Part shown: piece after piece, positions 21,659 through 32,767 of the stretch
Layout of the letters: each line of letters begins with the position of its first letter
Position numbering within the stretch: the stretch's first letter is position 1
Program-made: the position numbers and the translations under genes
Notes under the pieces: generated by a model
Seen by the model: the letters and a program-made list of their open reading frames with translations, nothing else
What the model was told of the DNA's origin: nothing
Database searches by the model: none
Assembly (NCBI GenBank): GCA_029547205.1
Contig: JAKPPT010000068.1
Span: 41,922 to 105,921, forward strand
Source: Spirochaetota bacterium
GTDB taxonomy: Bacteria; Spirochaetota; Spirochaetia; Treponematales; UBA12059
Reading direction: 5' to 3'
Length of the DNA: 64,000 nucleotides

Positions 21659-21772
21659 CTTGGTTTCCTCATCAATCCATGTTTTTTCGGTTACATTCCC
21701 TCTTGACTGAGGGCTGCTCAACGCAGCCCTCATCGAGACTTACTATTTTATGTGCACATGTGCAGAACGTAT

Positions 21773-23707
21773 TTATTTTTTCTCATCATCATCAACTACG
21801 CGATAGTTTGCATCTTCTGCTGTGCGAGTCGATGATCCATCGGCATTGTTAGATCCCTGTGATTGCCCTGCATCCGTATTAGCCTGAGCACCGCCTTGCT
21901 GTGCACCTGTATGCTTATAGACCTCTTCACTGATTTTGTAAATAATCTGTTTCAGGCTCTCAAGCTTCGCTTTCATGTCATCGTAGTTATTCGATTCAAT
22001 AGCTTTCTTGAGATCTGCAATACCAGCCTCTACCTGAGCTTTTTCTGCTGCAGGAACCTTATCGCCTAAATCTCTCAAGGTTTTTTCTGCAGTGTACACA
22101 AACGAGTCGGCTTCATTGCGAGTTTCTGCCCGCTCCTTTTCGCGCCTGTCTTCTTCTGCATGAGCTTCAGCTTCTTTTACCATGCGCTCAATATCAGCTT
22201 CGGAAAGACCGCTTGATGCTTCGATACGGATTTTCTGCTCTTTACCAGTTCCAAGGTCTTTGGCTGATACATGAACAATACCGTTAGCATCGATATCAAA
22301 AGTAACCTCAATTTGAGGAACACCGCGCGGTGCAGGAGGAATACCCTCAAGGTCAAACCTGCCGAGCGTTCTGTTCTGCGAAGCCATTTCCCGCTCACCC
22401 TGCAGAACATGGATCGAAACAGTAGTCTGATTATCAGCTGCAGTGCTGAAAATCTGGCTCTTGCGGCACGGTATTGTTGTATTGCGCGGTATTAATCTGG
22501 TAAATACTCCACCGAGCGTTTCAATACCAAGCGAAAGTGGAGTAACATCAAGAAGCAGTACGTCCTTGACATCGCCACCAAGAATACCCCCCTGAATAGC
22601 TGCTCCCACGGCAACTGCCTCATCGGGGTTTACTCCTTTTGAGGGTTCTTTACCAAAAAGATCGCGTACAATTTGCTGTACTTTTGGAATGCGGGTTGAA
22701 CCGCCAACCAAAATTACTTCGTCAACCTGTGCTGCTGTGATACCTGCATCTGCAAGTGCTTTGCGGCATGGTTCCTTAGTACGCTCAAAGAGATCATCAC
22801 ACATGCGTTCAAAAGCTGCCCGGGTTAAAGTCTTTTGAAGATGTTTAGGACCGGACGCATCTGCTGTAATAAATGGAAGATTGATTTCAGTTTGCTGCAC
22901 ATTGGAAAGCTCTATTTTAGCCTTTTCTGATGCTTCTTTAAGCCGCTGTAATGCCATGCGATCTGTTGAAAGATCAATACCGGTATCATTCTTAAACTCT
23001 TTAACGAGCCATTCCATAATACGGCGATCAAAATCATCACCACCAAGGTGAGTATCGCCATTTGTGCTCTTTACTTCAAAAACACCCTCGCCAAGTTCAA
23101 GAATAGAAATATCAAAGGTACCACCACCAAGGTCATATACAGCGATAAGTTTTTCTTTGCTCTGATCTTTGTTAAAACCATATGCAAGCGCAGCCGCAGT
23201 TGGCTCATTGATAATACGTTTTACTTCAAGTCCTGCAATTTTTCCTGCATCCTTAGTTGCCTGACGCTGTGCATCGTTAAAATAAGCAGGTACGGTAATT
23301 ACAGCCTCGGTTACTGTTTCCCCAAGATAGTCCTCTGCTGTTTTTTTCATTTTTTGCAAAATGAATGCGCTAATTTCTTGAGGACTGTACAGTTTATCAT
23401 CGATAGATACACGCACATCGTTCTGATGTGGAACTACTTTATAGGGTACCAGCTTGATTTCTCCCTGAACTTCATCATATCTGCGGCCCATAAACCGCTT
23501 GATTGAATAAACAGTTTTTTCCGGGTTAGTGATCATCTGGTTCTTTGCAGGCTGTCCTACTACACGCTCACCTTTCTGAGTAAATCCCACAATAGAAGGA
23601 GTAGTTCTCTGTCCTTCTGAATTGGCAATAACAAGTGGTTCACCACCTTCCATTACCGCAACACAACTGTTTGTTGTACCAAGGTCAATTCCTATAATTC
23701 TACCCAT
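21773..23707 (-). CDS. dnaK: Chaperone DnaK (Hsp70)
   Basis: [18 protein letters not shown]; 644 aa. Confidence 0.97.
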   Translation of the reverse strand: MGRIIGIDLGTTNSCVAVMEGGEPLVIANSEGQRTTPSIVGFTQKGERVVGQPAKNQMITNPEKTVYSIKRFMGRRYDEVQGEIKLVPYKVVPHQNDVRVSIDDKLYSPQEISAFILQKMKKTAEDYLGETVTEAVITVPAYFNDAQRQATKDAGKIAGLEVKRIINEPTAAALAYGFNKDQSKEKLIAVYDLGGGTFDISILELGEGVFEVKSTNGDTHLGGDDFDRRIMEWLVKEFKNDTGIDLSTDRMALQRLKEASEKAKIELSNVQQTEINLPFITADASGPKHLQKTLTRAAFERMCDDLFERTKEPCRKALADAGITAAQVDEVILVGGSTRIPKVQQIVRDLFGKEPSKGVNPDEAVAVGAAIQGGILGGDVKDVLLLDVTPLSLGIETLGGVFTRLIPRNTTIPCRKSQIFSTAADNQTTVSIHVLQGEREMASQNRTLGRFDLEGIPPAPRGVPQIEVTFDIDANGIVHVSAKDLGTGKEQKIRIEASSGLSEADIERMVKEAEAHAEEDRREKERAETRNEADSFVYTAEKTLRDLGDKVPAAEKAQVEAGIADLKKAIESNNYDDMKAKLESLKQIIYKISEEVYKHTGAQQGGAQANTDAGQSQGSNNADGSSTRTAEDANYRVVDDDEKK

Positions 23708-23737
23708 ACTCTATATTCTCCTTATATTAGACTCTTA

Positions 23738-24490
23738 TTAGTTATTACCAGCAGAGTTTGATGGATTCTCTGCACCAGTAGTATTTTGCTGTTCCTGTCC
23801 AGCACTATCATGCTGAGCTGCTGAATTAGTTTCGCTCTCCTGCCCCTTTGCAGGGTCAGTAGTTACTTGAGGCATTCTCACTTTTACGCGAGCTGTTCGC
23901 AGCACACGGTCTTTGAGCATGTATCCTTTGCTGTATTCCTCAATAACGATTGGATATTTGCAGTCACCGATTTCGCTGGACATAGCCTCATGTTTGTGTG
24001 GATCAAATTCAACATTGAGAGAATCGAATCGTTTGAGACCATATTTCCCCTCTAGCAAACTTAAAAAATGCTTCTGAATCATTACGATACCGTCATGCAA
24101 TGCAGTAAAGTCTTTTGAAACCTCTGCACTCTGAATTGCACGGTCGAAATTATCCAGAACATCAACAAGATCAGTCAGGAGCTGCGTATTAGCATATGCC
24201 ACTGCTTCATCACGCTCTCTGAACATACGTTTGCGAAAATTTTCATAATCAGCAAGTTTCCGCAAATACTGTTCTTTAGCTTCTGCAAGTTCTTTTTGCA
24301 GATTTTCAATTTGTTCATTCTTCTCTTTAAGCAATTCAATTTCTTCCTTGCATGAGCTAGTGGTAACATTTTCACTGTTTTGTTCAGACTTGCCTGATGC
24401 CTGTTCTGCAACGGCATCATCTTGTGTCACACGAGTCTCATGCTCTTCTTCATGTTTTTCTTTTTTCTCAGAATTATTTGTTTTATGCAC
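23738..24490 (-). CDS. grpE: Nucleotide exchange factor GrpE
   Basis: RKRMFRERDEAV...LLTDLVDVLDNFDRA core; acidic low-complexity N-terminus. Confidence 0.9.
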   Translation of the reverse strand: MHKTNNSEKKEKHEEEHETRVTQDDAVAEQASGKSEQNSENVTTSSCKEEIELLKEKNEQIENLQKELAEAKEQYLRKLADYENFRKRMFRERDEAVAYANTQLLTDLVDVLDNFDRAIQSAEVSKDFTALHDGIVMIQKHFLSLLEGKYGLKRFDSLNVEFDPHKHEAMSSEIGDCKYPIVIEEYSKGYMLKDRVLRTARVKVRMPQVTTDPAKGQESETNSAAQHDSAGQEQQNTTGAENPSNSAGNN

Positions 24491-24682
24491 AAAATCCCTC
24501 TTTTTACCACGAATAATGTGTAATTTCGAATGTAAAATAATAAAAATCAGCTAAATCGTCAAGAAAACTACGCTAATCATACAATTATTTGGCATGAATA
24601 TCACTTTTTAACACACTTTTACTCTTGACTATTTGAATAAATTGATTAAAGTTAAAACAGGGAACTAGGAGATACCAGCCTG

Positions 24683-26059
24683 ATGCAGTCAAACAGAACG
24701 GTGCTTACCCAGGAGCAGCGGCAAACTCTAAGCCATCAAATGCTTCAATCGATACGCATTATGGCTATGCCCATCCAGGAACTCAAAGAAACCATAAATG
24801 CTGAATTAGAAAAAAACCCTGCACTTGAGGTAATTTATGATCCATCAGTAGTCTCTCTTGACAGTATTAGAACCAATCCTGAAATTGCAGGAACAACCAG
24901 TACACAGCAAACAGAGACTAATACAAATTATGAAAAACATACTAAACCTAAACAATCACATCAAGAATTATTTGAAAAAATTCTTAGCAACGAAGAAACA
25001 CTCCAGGAGCATTTACTAGAACAGCTTCGTATCCAGCCTGTTTCTGAAAGTATTTTAAAAGCTGGTGAGCTCTTAATTCAGAATCTCGATGATAAAGGCT
25101 TTCATATTGAGGATCCATTCGTTGTTTGTAAAGATTTTCCACAGGAAGATGTACATACTGCTATCGATCTTATTCAACATTTGGAGCCTATTGGAACCTG
25201 TACCAGGAATTTTCAAGAGTCCCTCATTGTTCAAGCAAAATTAGATCCGGCTGCTCCTCCGTATGCGCAAGTTATTCTAGAGCGATACTTTGATCTTCTT
25301 GAACACAATAAGACTAAAGAGATCCAAAAACTTCTTAAAATTGATCAAGAAGAGCTTGAGCATATACTAACCTACATTAAAACCCTTAACCCTTTCCCGG
25401 GAAGGCAGTATGCACCCAATAATGTTCGATACATTACACCCGATGTGATTGTTCGTCGCGAAAATGGTGATTTTATTATTACTATTAATGAAGAAGAATT
25501 TCCTGTACTCAGTATCAATCCATATTTTAACACACTGCTTGAAAAACAGTACGACAGGGCTACAACACTATTTGTAAAAGAAAATGTTAGAAAAGCACAG
25601 GAATTTATTCAGAGTATTCAGCAACGAAATAAAACTTTACTGCGGGTAGTTCGTGCACTAATTGATTTTCAGCGCGCCTTTTTTATTAAGGGACCGCGCC
25701 ATCTTGCACCGCTCACATTAAAAGATATTGCGCAGCACCTGGAACTACATGAATCAACAATTTCGCGTCTCGTGAATGGAAAATTTATTCAAACTGACTA
25801 TGGCATATTCGAACTGCGATACTTTTTTTCAAACAGCATTTCCGGAGCTGGCAGTACAGGATCACGCTACGCTCAAGGTGCTGTTAAAGAAATAATTAAA
25901 GAAATCATTCAAAACGAACCTGATGCGCTTTCTGATCAAGCAATAGCTGAAAAGCTTGCTTTACGTGGCATACAAATAGCTCGACGTACTGTGGCAAAGT
26001 ACCGTAAAATGCTTCAGCTCGATTCATCTTTTGAACGCAAAGGGAGAAAGAAAAATTGA
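24683..26059 (+). CDS. rpoN: RNA polymerase sigma-54 factor
   Basis: Gln/Leu-rich N-terminal region I and the C-terminal RpoN box ARRTVAKYR. Confidence 0.9.
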   Translation: MQSNRTVLTQEQRQTLSHQMLQSIRIMAMPIQELKETINAELEKNPALEVIYDPSVVSLDSIRTNPEIAGTTSTQQTETNTNYEKHTKPKQSHQELFEKILSNEETLQEHLLEQLRIQPVSESILKAGELLIQNLDDKGFHIEDPFVVCKDFPQEDVHTAIDLIQHLEPIGTCTRNFQESLIVQAKLDPAAPPYAQVILERYFDLLEHNKTKEIQKLLKIDQEELEHILTYIKTLNPFPGRQYAPNNVRYITPDVIVRRENGDFIITINEEEFPVLSINPYFNTLLEKQYDRATTLFVKENVRKAQEFIQSIQQRNKTLLRVVRALIDFQRAFFIKGPRHLAPLTLKDIAQHLELHESTISRLVNGKFIQTDYGIFELRYFFSNSISGAGSTGSRYAQGAVKEIIKEIIQNEPDALSDQAIAEKLALRGIQIARRTVAKYRKMLQLDSSFERKGRKKN

Positions 26060-26141
26060 ATCGTTTACAAATGATGAGTATATTATACTGGTTAACTACT
26101 ACCGGCATATATAACAATAACAAGCTTTTAAGGAGGTTTTC

Positions 26142-26432
26142 ATGAACATTGATGTCCGGAGCGTTCATTTTGATCTTGGGGAGTCAGCACGTTCCTATCT
26201 GGACAAGAAGCTCGAACGTATCAACCATGCAAGGGACTCGATTGTCGATTTGATGTTCTGCTTTACCAAGGAAAAGCAGTTTAAATGTGAAACAACAATC
26301 AATTTCCGCTGGGGTACAACGGCACATATCGAAGAAAAGGACTTCGACCTCATAGCAGGTATAGATAAAATGATGGATAAAGTAGAACAAAAAATCCATA
26401 AAGAAAAAGAAAAAATTAAGGATAAAAAATAG
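26142..26432 (+). CDS. hpf: Ribosome hibernation-promoting factor / RaiA family
   Basis: 96 aa, MNIDVRSVHFDLGESARSYLDKKLERI; conserved position downstream of rpoN. Confidence 0.8.
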   Translation: MNIDVRSVHFDLGESARSYLDKKLERINHARDSIVDLMFCFTKEKQFKCETTINFRWGTTAHIEEKDFDLIAGIDKMMDKVEQKIHKEKEKIKDKK

Positions 26433-26446
26433 CCAGTACACAATGA

Positions 26447-26478
26447 CAGGGGCTATGAAATGCCCCTGTTTTTATTTT
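26447..26478. terminator. Rho-independent terminator between hpf and the convergent OMP gene
   Basis: CAGGGGC-tatgaaat-GCCCCTG followed by TTTTTATTTT. Confidence 0.7.
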
Positions 26479-26482
26479 AATC

Positions 26483-27631
26483 TTAAAAAATCATTCTCAA
26501 TCCGCCAATTACTGACCAGCTGCTTTGAGTCCAGCTTTCATAGAGTGTTCCTTGGCCACCTGCATTGAAAGTACTGCTTACATAGTACCAGAGTCCCTGA
26601 TAAGGCTTCCAGAGCACAGTCAGCACAAACAATGCAGAGCTATCGATGGGAGAATAGAGTGTTCGTGTCGTGAAACTAATTGTGTCGAAACCAAATGCTA
26701 TATCAGCCAGGATGTGTAAACCGTATGGATATCCAGACTGTCGCATCTCCTCTGACAGCTCGGTTTGTGACCAGGGTTTTTCCGGCTGAACGAGACACTC
26801 AAATCGCACACTTGTAGCATCTATACCAGGAATGAAATTTAAAATGAGGATACCGCCGCTCACGCATGGTTGCTCATACGGTATCACGCAGTTTAAACTA
26901 CTATACAGTTCTACACTACCCAGAGCACTCGCTGCAGAAATGGCAACCTTATGAGTATTGTCTGTTTCTTTATAATTCCATGCAGCTTCCAGAGCAAGCG
27001 CTTCAAAATCAGCATACCAGCGCACTCCATACATACTCTGAGTGCCAGCTGACTGTGCAATGGGCAGCATGAGATTTCCCTGTGGTGATGAAACAATGGT
27101 GTATTCCGATAGAGGTACATGCAGAACACATTCTATAAAAGAAAACACACCAACAGGCATGTAAAGTACGGCAAGCCAATCGGTCTCGTTTCTTGAAAGC
27201 GCTGAGACTGTCGTGAGCATACCTGATGAACCTGCTTCTCCAAAAAACAAGTTCCCGGCATTGAAAAATGCTCCCATACCCCATGTTATAGTATTTTTAC
27301 CTACTGTAATTCTCGGAGAAAAGCCTTCAAAAAGAGGTAATTGTGCACGTACAAAGAGCCTCGTAATATCAAAAAGCGTCGTTACCGCTCCGTTAATTGA
27401 TACAAGTGTTCCCTGTAGTGTTACTCTTCCTCGAATCGCGTCATATACTGGCGATTGAAAATCCAACTCTGAATTCGCAAATGAAAGCCAGTTAACATTT
27501 TCTAAACCCGCATAGAGAACCGCTCCTGTATCGAGAGTTATCTTAACTGTCTGTTGAGTTTGGACTGGATTTGCAACACCTAACCCAATAAGTATTATAA
27601 AACAATATAGCATTCTTTGCTTTGCACTCAT
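26483..27631 (-). CDS. Putative outer-membrane beta-barrel protein; last gene of the YtrA-ABC-LolA-like cluster
   Basis: Signal peptide after Met (MSAKQRMLYCFIILIGLG) with a GGAGG RBS; C-terminal ...GGLRMIF with a terminal Phe. Confidence 0.6.
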   Translation of the reverse strand: MSAKQRMLYCFIILIGLGVANPVQTQQTVKITLDTGAVLYAGLENVNWLSFANSELDFQSPVYDAIRGRVTLQGTLVSINGAVTTLFDITRLFVRAQLPLFEGFSPRITVGKNTITWGMGAFFNAGNLFFGEAGSSGMLTTVSALSRNETDWLAVLYMPVGVFSFIECVLHVPLSEYTIVSSPQGNLMLPIAQSAGTQSMYGVRWYADFEALALEAAWNYKETDNTHKVAISAASALGSVELYSSLNCVIPYEQPCVSGGILILNFIPGIDATSVRFECLVQPEKPWSQTELSEEMRQSGYPYGLHILADIAFGFDTISFTTRTLYSPIDSSALFVLTVLWKPYQGLWYYVSSTFNAGGQGTLYESWTQSSWSVIGGLRMIF

Positions 27632-27715
27632 TATTGCCTCCGCATATATTATCGAAACAATTCGGTGCGCAATACCATAAGTACCGCGCAACGAATTGCT
27701 AAAATAACCCTCATA

Positions 27716-28462
27716 TTACATTGATAAATTTTGCAGAGAAAATAAATTAGGATCGAGCGCTTCATTGATGCGAATAGTTTCAAGGATGAGTTCTGTTTTT
27801 GTTTGTTTTTTTAAATTATCCTGAACAACAATATGCGAAGGTATTACAAAACCTCCAATGGATGTATAGTCTTTTACGTATACTGTCTTAAGCAATTTTT
27901 CAGCAAGTGAATATGCTTCACTTTTTTTGAGCGCATAAGTTTTTTTATCTATCCAGAGCTTTTGAATTGGATAGGGAATATCATTGACTTTAGCTTTAAT
28001 TTTTATAACCCAACAGGCTGTAGTATCAATGACTTCTTCGGAAATAGATTCAATTACGTACTGATCCAATATGCTCTTCCCGCCAGTCATATCTTCATAC
28101 GACAAATCTGACCCTGCAAGAGAATTCCTCAGTGCTGCTCCCTGAAGACGAATAATTTCCTCAGCATCTGGATAATATAAATATACTGCTTTTTTTGAGC
28201 GTAATATTTTTTGACCTGATTCATCTTTACTGGTAAACACTATGAGTGAATCATCTGTTCCTCGCGACCATATTTTAAATGCTTTTTCCTGTATGCCAAA
28301 TTGATTATAAATAACTATTTTGCCTGAAGCACTCATAGTTTTAATATTCTGATTTTGTTCATATCGTCGTATAATATCTTCTGCAGACTGTGCCTGAACC
28401 AATACTGCAACAAATATAACTGCAACAGAGCTCACTACACATTTAGTAATTTTATTCAGCAT
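27716..28462 (-). CDS. LolA-like / outer-membrane lipoprotein-sorting-like periplasmic protein
   Basis: Signal peptide; 248 aa; the beta-rich pattern resembles the LolA-like proteins found next to FtsX-type ABC transporters. Confidence 0.5.
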   Translation of the reverse strand: MLNKITKCVVSSVAVIFVAVLVQAQSAEDIIRRYEQNQNIKTMSASGKIVIYNQFGIQEKAFKIWSRGTDDSLIVFTSKDESGQKILRSKKAVYLYYPDAEEIIRLQGAALRNSLAGSDLSYEDMTGGKSILDQYVIESISEEVIDTTACWVIKIKAKVNDIPYPIQKLWIDKKTYALKKSEAYSLAEKLLKTVYVKDYTSIGGFVIPSHIVVQDNLKKQTKTELILETIRINEALDPNLFSLQNLSM

Positions 28463-28500
28463 ATATAACCTCCTTATAGTTCTGCACGATTAGTAACAAA

Positions 28501-29724
28501 TTAGGTAGATCGCAGCGCCTGAATTGGCTTAATGTGTGCTGCCTGTCGGCTTGGAATGAGTACAGCACATGCTGAGACTATAATTGAATAACAAAATACA
28601 AGCACTGTATTAACGAGAGAAAGCTTGAGTCTTACAACACCAGAAACTTCCATTGATATGCCCTGCATTGCTCCAGAAAAATCTATACCATAGATCGCAA
28701 GAGGAATCCCTACAATATTGCCAGCAATCGCACCTAAAAAAGCAGCCACACATGCAATAATGAGCGCTTCAAGAAAAAACAATTTTGTAATTTCACCACC
28801 TTCCATGCCTAATGCTCCGAGCGTCCCTATTTCTTTCATGCGTTCAAATACTACCATGAGTGTTGTGTTAATTATTACGGTGCTTGCAAGAATAAAAAAT
28901 ACTATTGCTATCACAATGTAAATACCTTGAGCCATCTCAAAAAATGAGTAAATTTCGTTTATTTCTTTCCATGTTTTTATTTCATAATCACGTTGCAACT
29001 CAGGGAGCATTTTTATGGTTTGCGCCATAAGTTTTTCATCTACAGCAGGTTTTGTTTTAATGAGAATCTCTGTAACAAGGTCATCCATTCTCGCAAAATA
29101 CTGACCTACGCGGAGCGGTATATATGCTGAGGAACTGTTCAGCATTGCAACCGGGTATTCTAATACACCACAAATCCGGAAGGTCATTGCATTAGTTCCG
29201 CCCGTTTTTGTTTGAATAAGCAATGTTATTTTATCATTGAGATTTACATTCAATTTATTAAGAAGCCATTTTGTTAAAACAATTTCACGAGCATCTGGAC
29301 TTTCTGGCAGCCTGCCTTCTTTAAGGTATACATCAATATGCTGAAATTTCTTTTCTACTTCAAAATCCACAGCCTGTATAAGCAAACCGGTTTCTGTATC
29401 GCGAATGAGACCTGCTGGCAGCTTAATACGAGGTGCAATGGTATCAATTCCTTCTATACCTGCAAGTGCATTCATGCTGCTAGAAAGCGGAACACCAAGC
29501 ATGAGCGGATTCAGATGTTCATAAGCAGTATACTGCGCATTCCTTATCCGTATATTCCCCAAATAAAAATCTATAAGATTTTTTTTCATATCATCTTTCA
29601 TGCCATCGATAAGACCAAACAGCAATAGTATAGACATGGTTGCAATGAGGATAGCTATACCAGAAAGCAAGCTCCGTCTTTTATTGCGAAATATATTTCT
29701 ATAGGCCATTGTAAGCAAACTCAT
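28501..29724 (-). CDS. ABC transporter permease, FtsX/MacB family
   Basis: N-terminal TM, large periplasmic domain, and a C-terminal 3-TM FtsX domain. Confidence 0.8.
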   Translation of the reverse strand: MSLLTMAYRNIFRNKRRSLLSGIAILIATMSILLLFGLIDGMKDDMKKNLIDFYLGNIRIRNAQYTAYEHLNPLMLGVPLSSSMNALAGIEGIDTIAPRIKLPAGLIRDTETGLLIQAVDFEVEKKFQHIDVYLKEGRLPESPDAREIVLTKWLLNKLNVNLNDKITLLIQTKTGGTNAMTFRICGVLEYPVAMLNSSSAYIPLRVGQYFARMDDLVTEILIKTKPAVDEKLMAQTIKMLPELQRDYEIKTWKEINEIYSFFEMAQGIYIVIAIVFFILASTVIINTTLMVVFERMKEIGTLGALGMEGGEITKLFFLEALIIACVAAFLGAIAGNIVGIPLAIYGIDFSGAMQGISMEVSGVVRLKLSLVNTVLVFCYSIIVSACAVLIPSRQAAHIKPIQALRST

Positions 29725-29733
29725 GTTTCCCTC

Positions 29734-30981
29734 CTATTTTCGAAGACATTCAACAATTGTTTTTTTAAGTCCGCGCCTTACAGGGAAAATTGATACAAGT
29801 ACTGCAATAACCGCACCAATAAAAAAACAACTTATCATGGTCGTAATATTCCATATTCCATGAAATGCTCCACCCACTCGATAACCAATATCTATATCTT
29901 TGAGAAACATAGAAAAATCAAAACCATAGGTAACGAGATAAAAATCAAATGCAATGCCCAATACAACTCCAAAAACAGCACCAATAATTCCAATCAAGCC
30001 AGCCTCTATAAAAAATAAATTTTTTATATCTTCATCCTCCATACCCATTGCCCTGAGCATACCTAATTCACGCATTCGCTCATATACTGCCATGAGCATT
30101 GTATTAGATATCCCTACTGCTGCAATAATAAAAACAAGCAATAGAATAAAACTTGTTCCTTTTTGTTTTGCTCCTGCTATAGCAAGATAATCTTCTGCAA
30201 GTTTTTCCCAGGAATGGTACATCAGCATTGGTTGATTTAGAAGTATTTCATTTATCTTTTGCTCATTTTTATTAACATTACTCATATTAAAATTAATGAA
30301 TATATGTGTTGCACCTTGAGGCATCTCGAGCATTTCCTGCAAGTATTCTAGCGGGAGGTATACACCTGTTCTGTTGATAACAGGATCAGGAGCATCAATT
30401 ATGCCAACAACTGTCGCATCAATTGTCTGCATGTACCCATTTACTGTTCGAGTCACAATGGTTATCGGGTAACCTACATCGGCATTGAGTTTTTCTGCTA
30501 TCCAGGATCCTAATATAACTTCTGGATTTTGCTCCTTTAAAAATCTGCCTTTTGATAGTGTCTTTTGTAGTTTAAAAACTTTCTCATCACGAACCGGATC
30601 GATCCCCGTTAGTATGACTCGCATTGAACCGTCAACAGGATAGGGATCCTCGTATACTATGAGCTCGCCCTGAGCCTGAATACGAGGCGCAGCCTGTAAT
30701 CCTGCATCGGATAGCGATTGCAAGAGGACATTGCTATGTTCGATGTATTCACTAGTAGGAATTCTTTCCTTGCTATCCCAGTATGCTTTTGTTGTAATGA
30801 CACCAGATCCTGTTTCAAAATCATGCAGATTTCGTTCCGATTCCTGTTCCGCACTTTTTAACATGCTATCAACACCAATATACATTCCTATTCCCATTGC
30901 TATTGCCAGTGCAGTAATTAGAGTACGCCGCTTATAGCGCATGAGATTTTTCCATGCTAACTGACTAATAAATCTAAACAT
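29734..30981 (-). CDS. ABC transporter permease, FtsX/MacB family (second copy)
   Basis: Same architecture as the first permease; 415 aa. Confidence 0.8.
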   Translation of the reverse strand: MFRFISQLAWKNLMRYKRRTLITALAIAMGIGMYIGVDSMLKSAEQESERNLHDFETGSGVITTKAYWDSKERIPTSEYIEHSNVLLQSLSDAGLQAAPRIQAQGELIVYEDPYPVDGSMRVILTGIDPVRDEKVFKLQKTLSKGRFLKEQNPEVILGSWIAEKLNADVGYPITIVTRTVNGYMQTIDATVVGIIDAPDPVINRTGVYLPLEYLQEMLEMPQGATHIFINFNMSNVNKNEQKINEILLNQPMLMYHSWEKLAEDYLAIAGAKQKGTSFILLLVFIIAAVGISNTMLMAVYERMRELGMLRAMGMEDEDIKNLFFIEAGLIGIIGAVFGVVLGIAFDFYLVTYGFDFSMFLKDIDIGYRVGGAFHGIWNITTMISCFFIGAVIAVLVSIFPVRRGLKKTIVECLRK

Positions 30982-30983
30982 AC

Positions 30984-31661
30984 TTATCTCCTCTCGTCTG
31001 AAACGATAAGTCCATCATGTAGCTTTATAAGTCTTGTAGCATACAGCATTACCATAGGATCATGTGTTGAAAAAATAAATGTAGTGCCATGCTTTTTATT
31101 AAGTTCCAGCATGAGCTTCATTATTTCCTCTCCTGTTACTGAATCAAGATTGGCAGTGGGTTCATCTGCCAATACAAGTAATGGTCTTTTAACAAGCGCA
31201 CGCGCTATAGCTACTCGCTGCTGCTGACCTCCGGAGAGTTTAGAAGGAAGTCGGTTTTCAGCTCCTTTGAGACCTACCTCGTGCAGTATAGCAATCGTCC
31301 GGCTTTCGATTTCTTTAGCTGAAATTTGTAATAGATTGAGCGCAAGTGCAACATTTTCATAGGCAGTTAATACGGGAATGAGATTAAATGTCTGAAACAC
31401 AAAACCCAATTTTTCTCTTCTAAAACGTGCCCGCTCTTTCCCTGAAAAGGTTTGTATATCTCTGCCGTCTATTAAAATTTTGCCACTATCGGCATCATCT
31501 AAGAGCCCGATAATATTCAGTAACGTGGTTTTTCCAGAACCAGATGGACCTGCAATCGCAGTAAACTCTCCAGGTTTAATTTCTAACGAAACTCCACGCA
31601 AAGCATGTACTTCCGATTCACCTTCTCGATACGTCTTTACCAATGCATCAATTGTAATCAT
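30984..31661 (-). CDS. ABC transporter ATP-binding protein (LolD/MacB-type)
   Basis: Walker [10 protein letters not shown], signature [15 protein letters not shown], Walker B LVLADEPT. Confidence 0.9.
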   Translation of the reverse strand: MITIDALVKTYREGESEVHALRGVSLEIKPGEFTAIAGPSGSGKTTLLNIIGLLDDADSGKILIDGRDIQTFSGKERARFRREKLGFVFQTFNLIPVLTAYENVALALNLLQISAKEIESRTIAILHEVGLKGAENRLPSKLSGGQQQRVAIARALVKRPLLVLADEPTANLDSVTGEEIMKLMLELNKKHGTTFIFSTHDPMVMLYATRLIKLHDGLIVSDERR

Positions 31662-31676
31662 AATCTTCCTCCTTAA

Positions 31677-32324
31677 TTAACATGTTACTGTCCTGTTGTT
31701 TGAGTCTTTGATTGACCAGTATGCTGTGCTCGTATTTCTTGTAAAGCTTTTAAGCCAAAAACATAATGCATCAACTGTTATTGGAACAGAATCCCGTGTT
31801 AGTGTTGTTTCTGCACAAAAGTCAGTAACACGGGTACGAATGTCAATGAGATCACTTACTGAATCAAAAAATGGTAAAATCAGAAAAACTCCAGGGCCTT
31901 TTACTGCTTTAAATCGTCCAAGTCTAAGAATTATTGCTCGTTCCCATTCTCGCGTCATCTGAATCATTGTGCTTGCACTGCAGCTAAAAGCATAAATGCC
32001 GATAAACAAACCGATGGTAAACGGATTTACGTTATCCATTGATAACAGTGCGCCTATAAATGCAGAACTTAAAAAAAATATAACAAAGCCAATTTCCCAG
32101 CGTCTTAACCAGAATGTCCCAGCGATAAAAAGTAAAGGAAGGGCACATGCAATACCAACCCTTGCAGAAAAGGCATTGTACCCGAACTGAATTCCCATTA
32201 CGCATATTCCTGTGAACCAGAGTAGTAAAAATACCATTATATTAAAAGCATTCCAGGAAAAATGCGGTTCAAGTATAGGTTCATGAATATTCTTTATAAG
32301 ATAATGTTTTTTTCTTTCAGCCAT
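31677..32324 (-). CDS. Membrane protein: 4-TM N-terminal domain fused to a truncated SPFH/band-7 domain
   Basis: REWERAIILRLGRFKAVKGPGVFLILPFFDSV...ITVDALCFW matches the stomatin/QmcA SPFH N-terminal half. The protein ends about 90 aa into the domain. Confidence 0.55.
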   Translation of the reverse strand: MAERKKHYLIKNIHEPILEPHFSWNAFNIMVFLLLWFTGICVMGIQFGYNAFSARVGIACALPLLFIAGTFWLRRWEIGFVIFFLSSAFIGALLSMDNVNPFTIGLFIGIYAFSCSASTMIQMTREWERAIILRLGRFKAVKGPGVFLILPFFDSVSDLIDIRTRVTDFCAETTLTRDSVPITVDALCFWLKSFTRNTSTAYWSIKDSNNRTVTC

Positions 32325-32742
32325 GTTTGCTCCCTCCTTGCTCAGTCATTAGCAATTTAATCATTTCAATTAAATCTTTATACTGTATACCTAGCTTTTC
32401 AGCTTTTTTAAGCAAATTGAAAATATCAAGCTCAAGTTCATCTACCGCTTTCTGTCGCAATTTTTGTTCTTCAGGATGAGCAGCAATATCTGCAACATAT
32501 GTTCCGCTTCCGACCTGCGTAATAACAATCCCGCGAATTTCTAATTCTGTGTATGCCTTGGCAATTGTGTTAGGATTTATCTGTAGTTTTACTGCCAGTT
32601 CACGAATTGTTGGAAGTCGTGTTCCTGGCTGGAGCTTTCCAAACTGTACAGCATGTTCAATTGCATGAATAATTTGTCTATAAAATGGCACTCCACTTTT
32701 TGTATCGAGAAGAAAAGAAAATTCATTTTCCATATCTGCCAT
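32317..32742 (-). CDS. GntR-family transcriptional regulator, short YtrA-like subtype
   Basis: wHTH motif RLPTIRELAVKLQINPNTIAKAY. Start placed at the internal Met, which has a GAGGA RBS. Confidence 0.8.
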   Translation of the reverse strand: MADMENEFSFLLDTKSGVPFYRQIIHAIEHAVQFGKLQPGTRLPTIRELAVKLQINPNTIAKAYTELEIRGIVITQVGSGTYVADIAAHPEEQKLRQKAVDELELDIFNLLKKAEKLGIQYKDLIEMIKLLMTEQGGSKHG

Positions 32743-32767
32743 AATTTTCCTCATTCAATCGAGGCTA

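Noticed and set aside
21955-21985. CAAGCTTCGCTTTCATGTCA inside dnaK, which resembles the dispersed repeat
   Set aside because: It is within a conserved coding sequence and reads correctly as DnaK residues. The match is coincidental.
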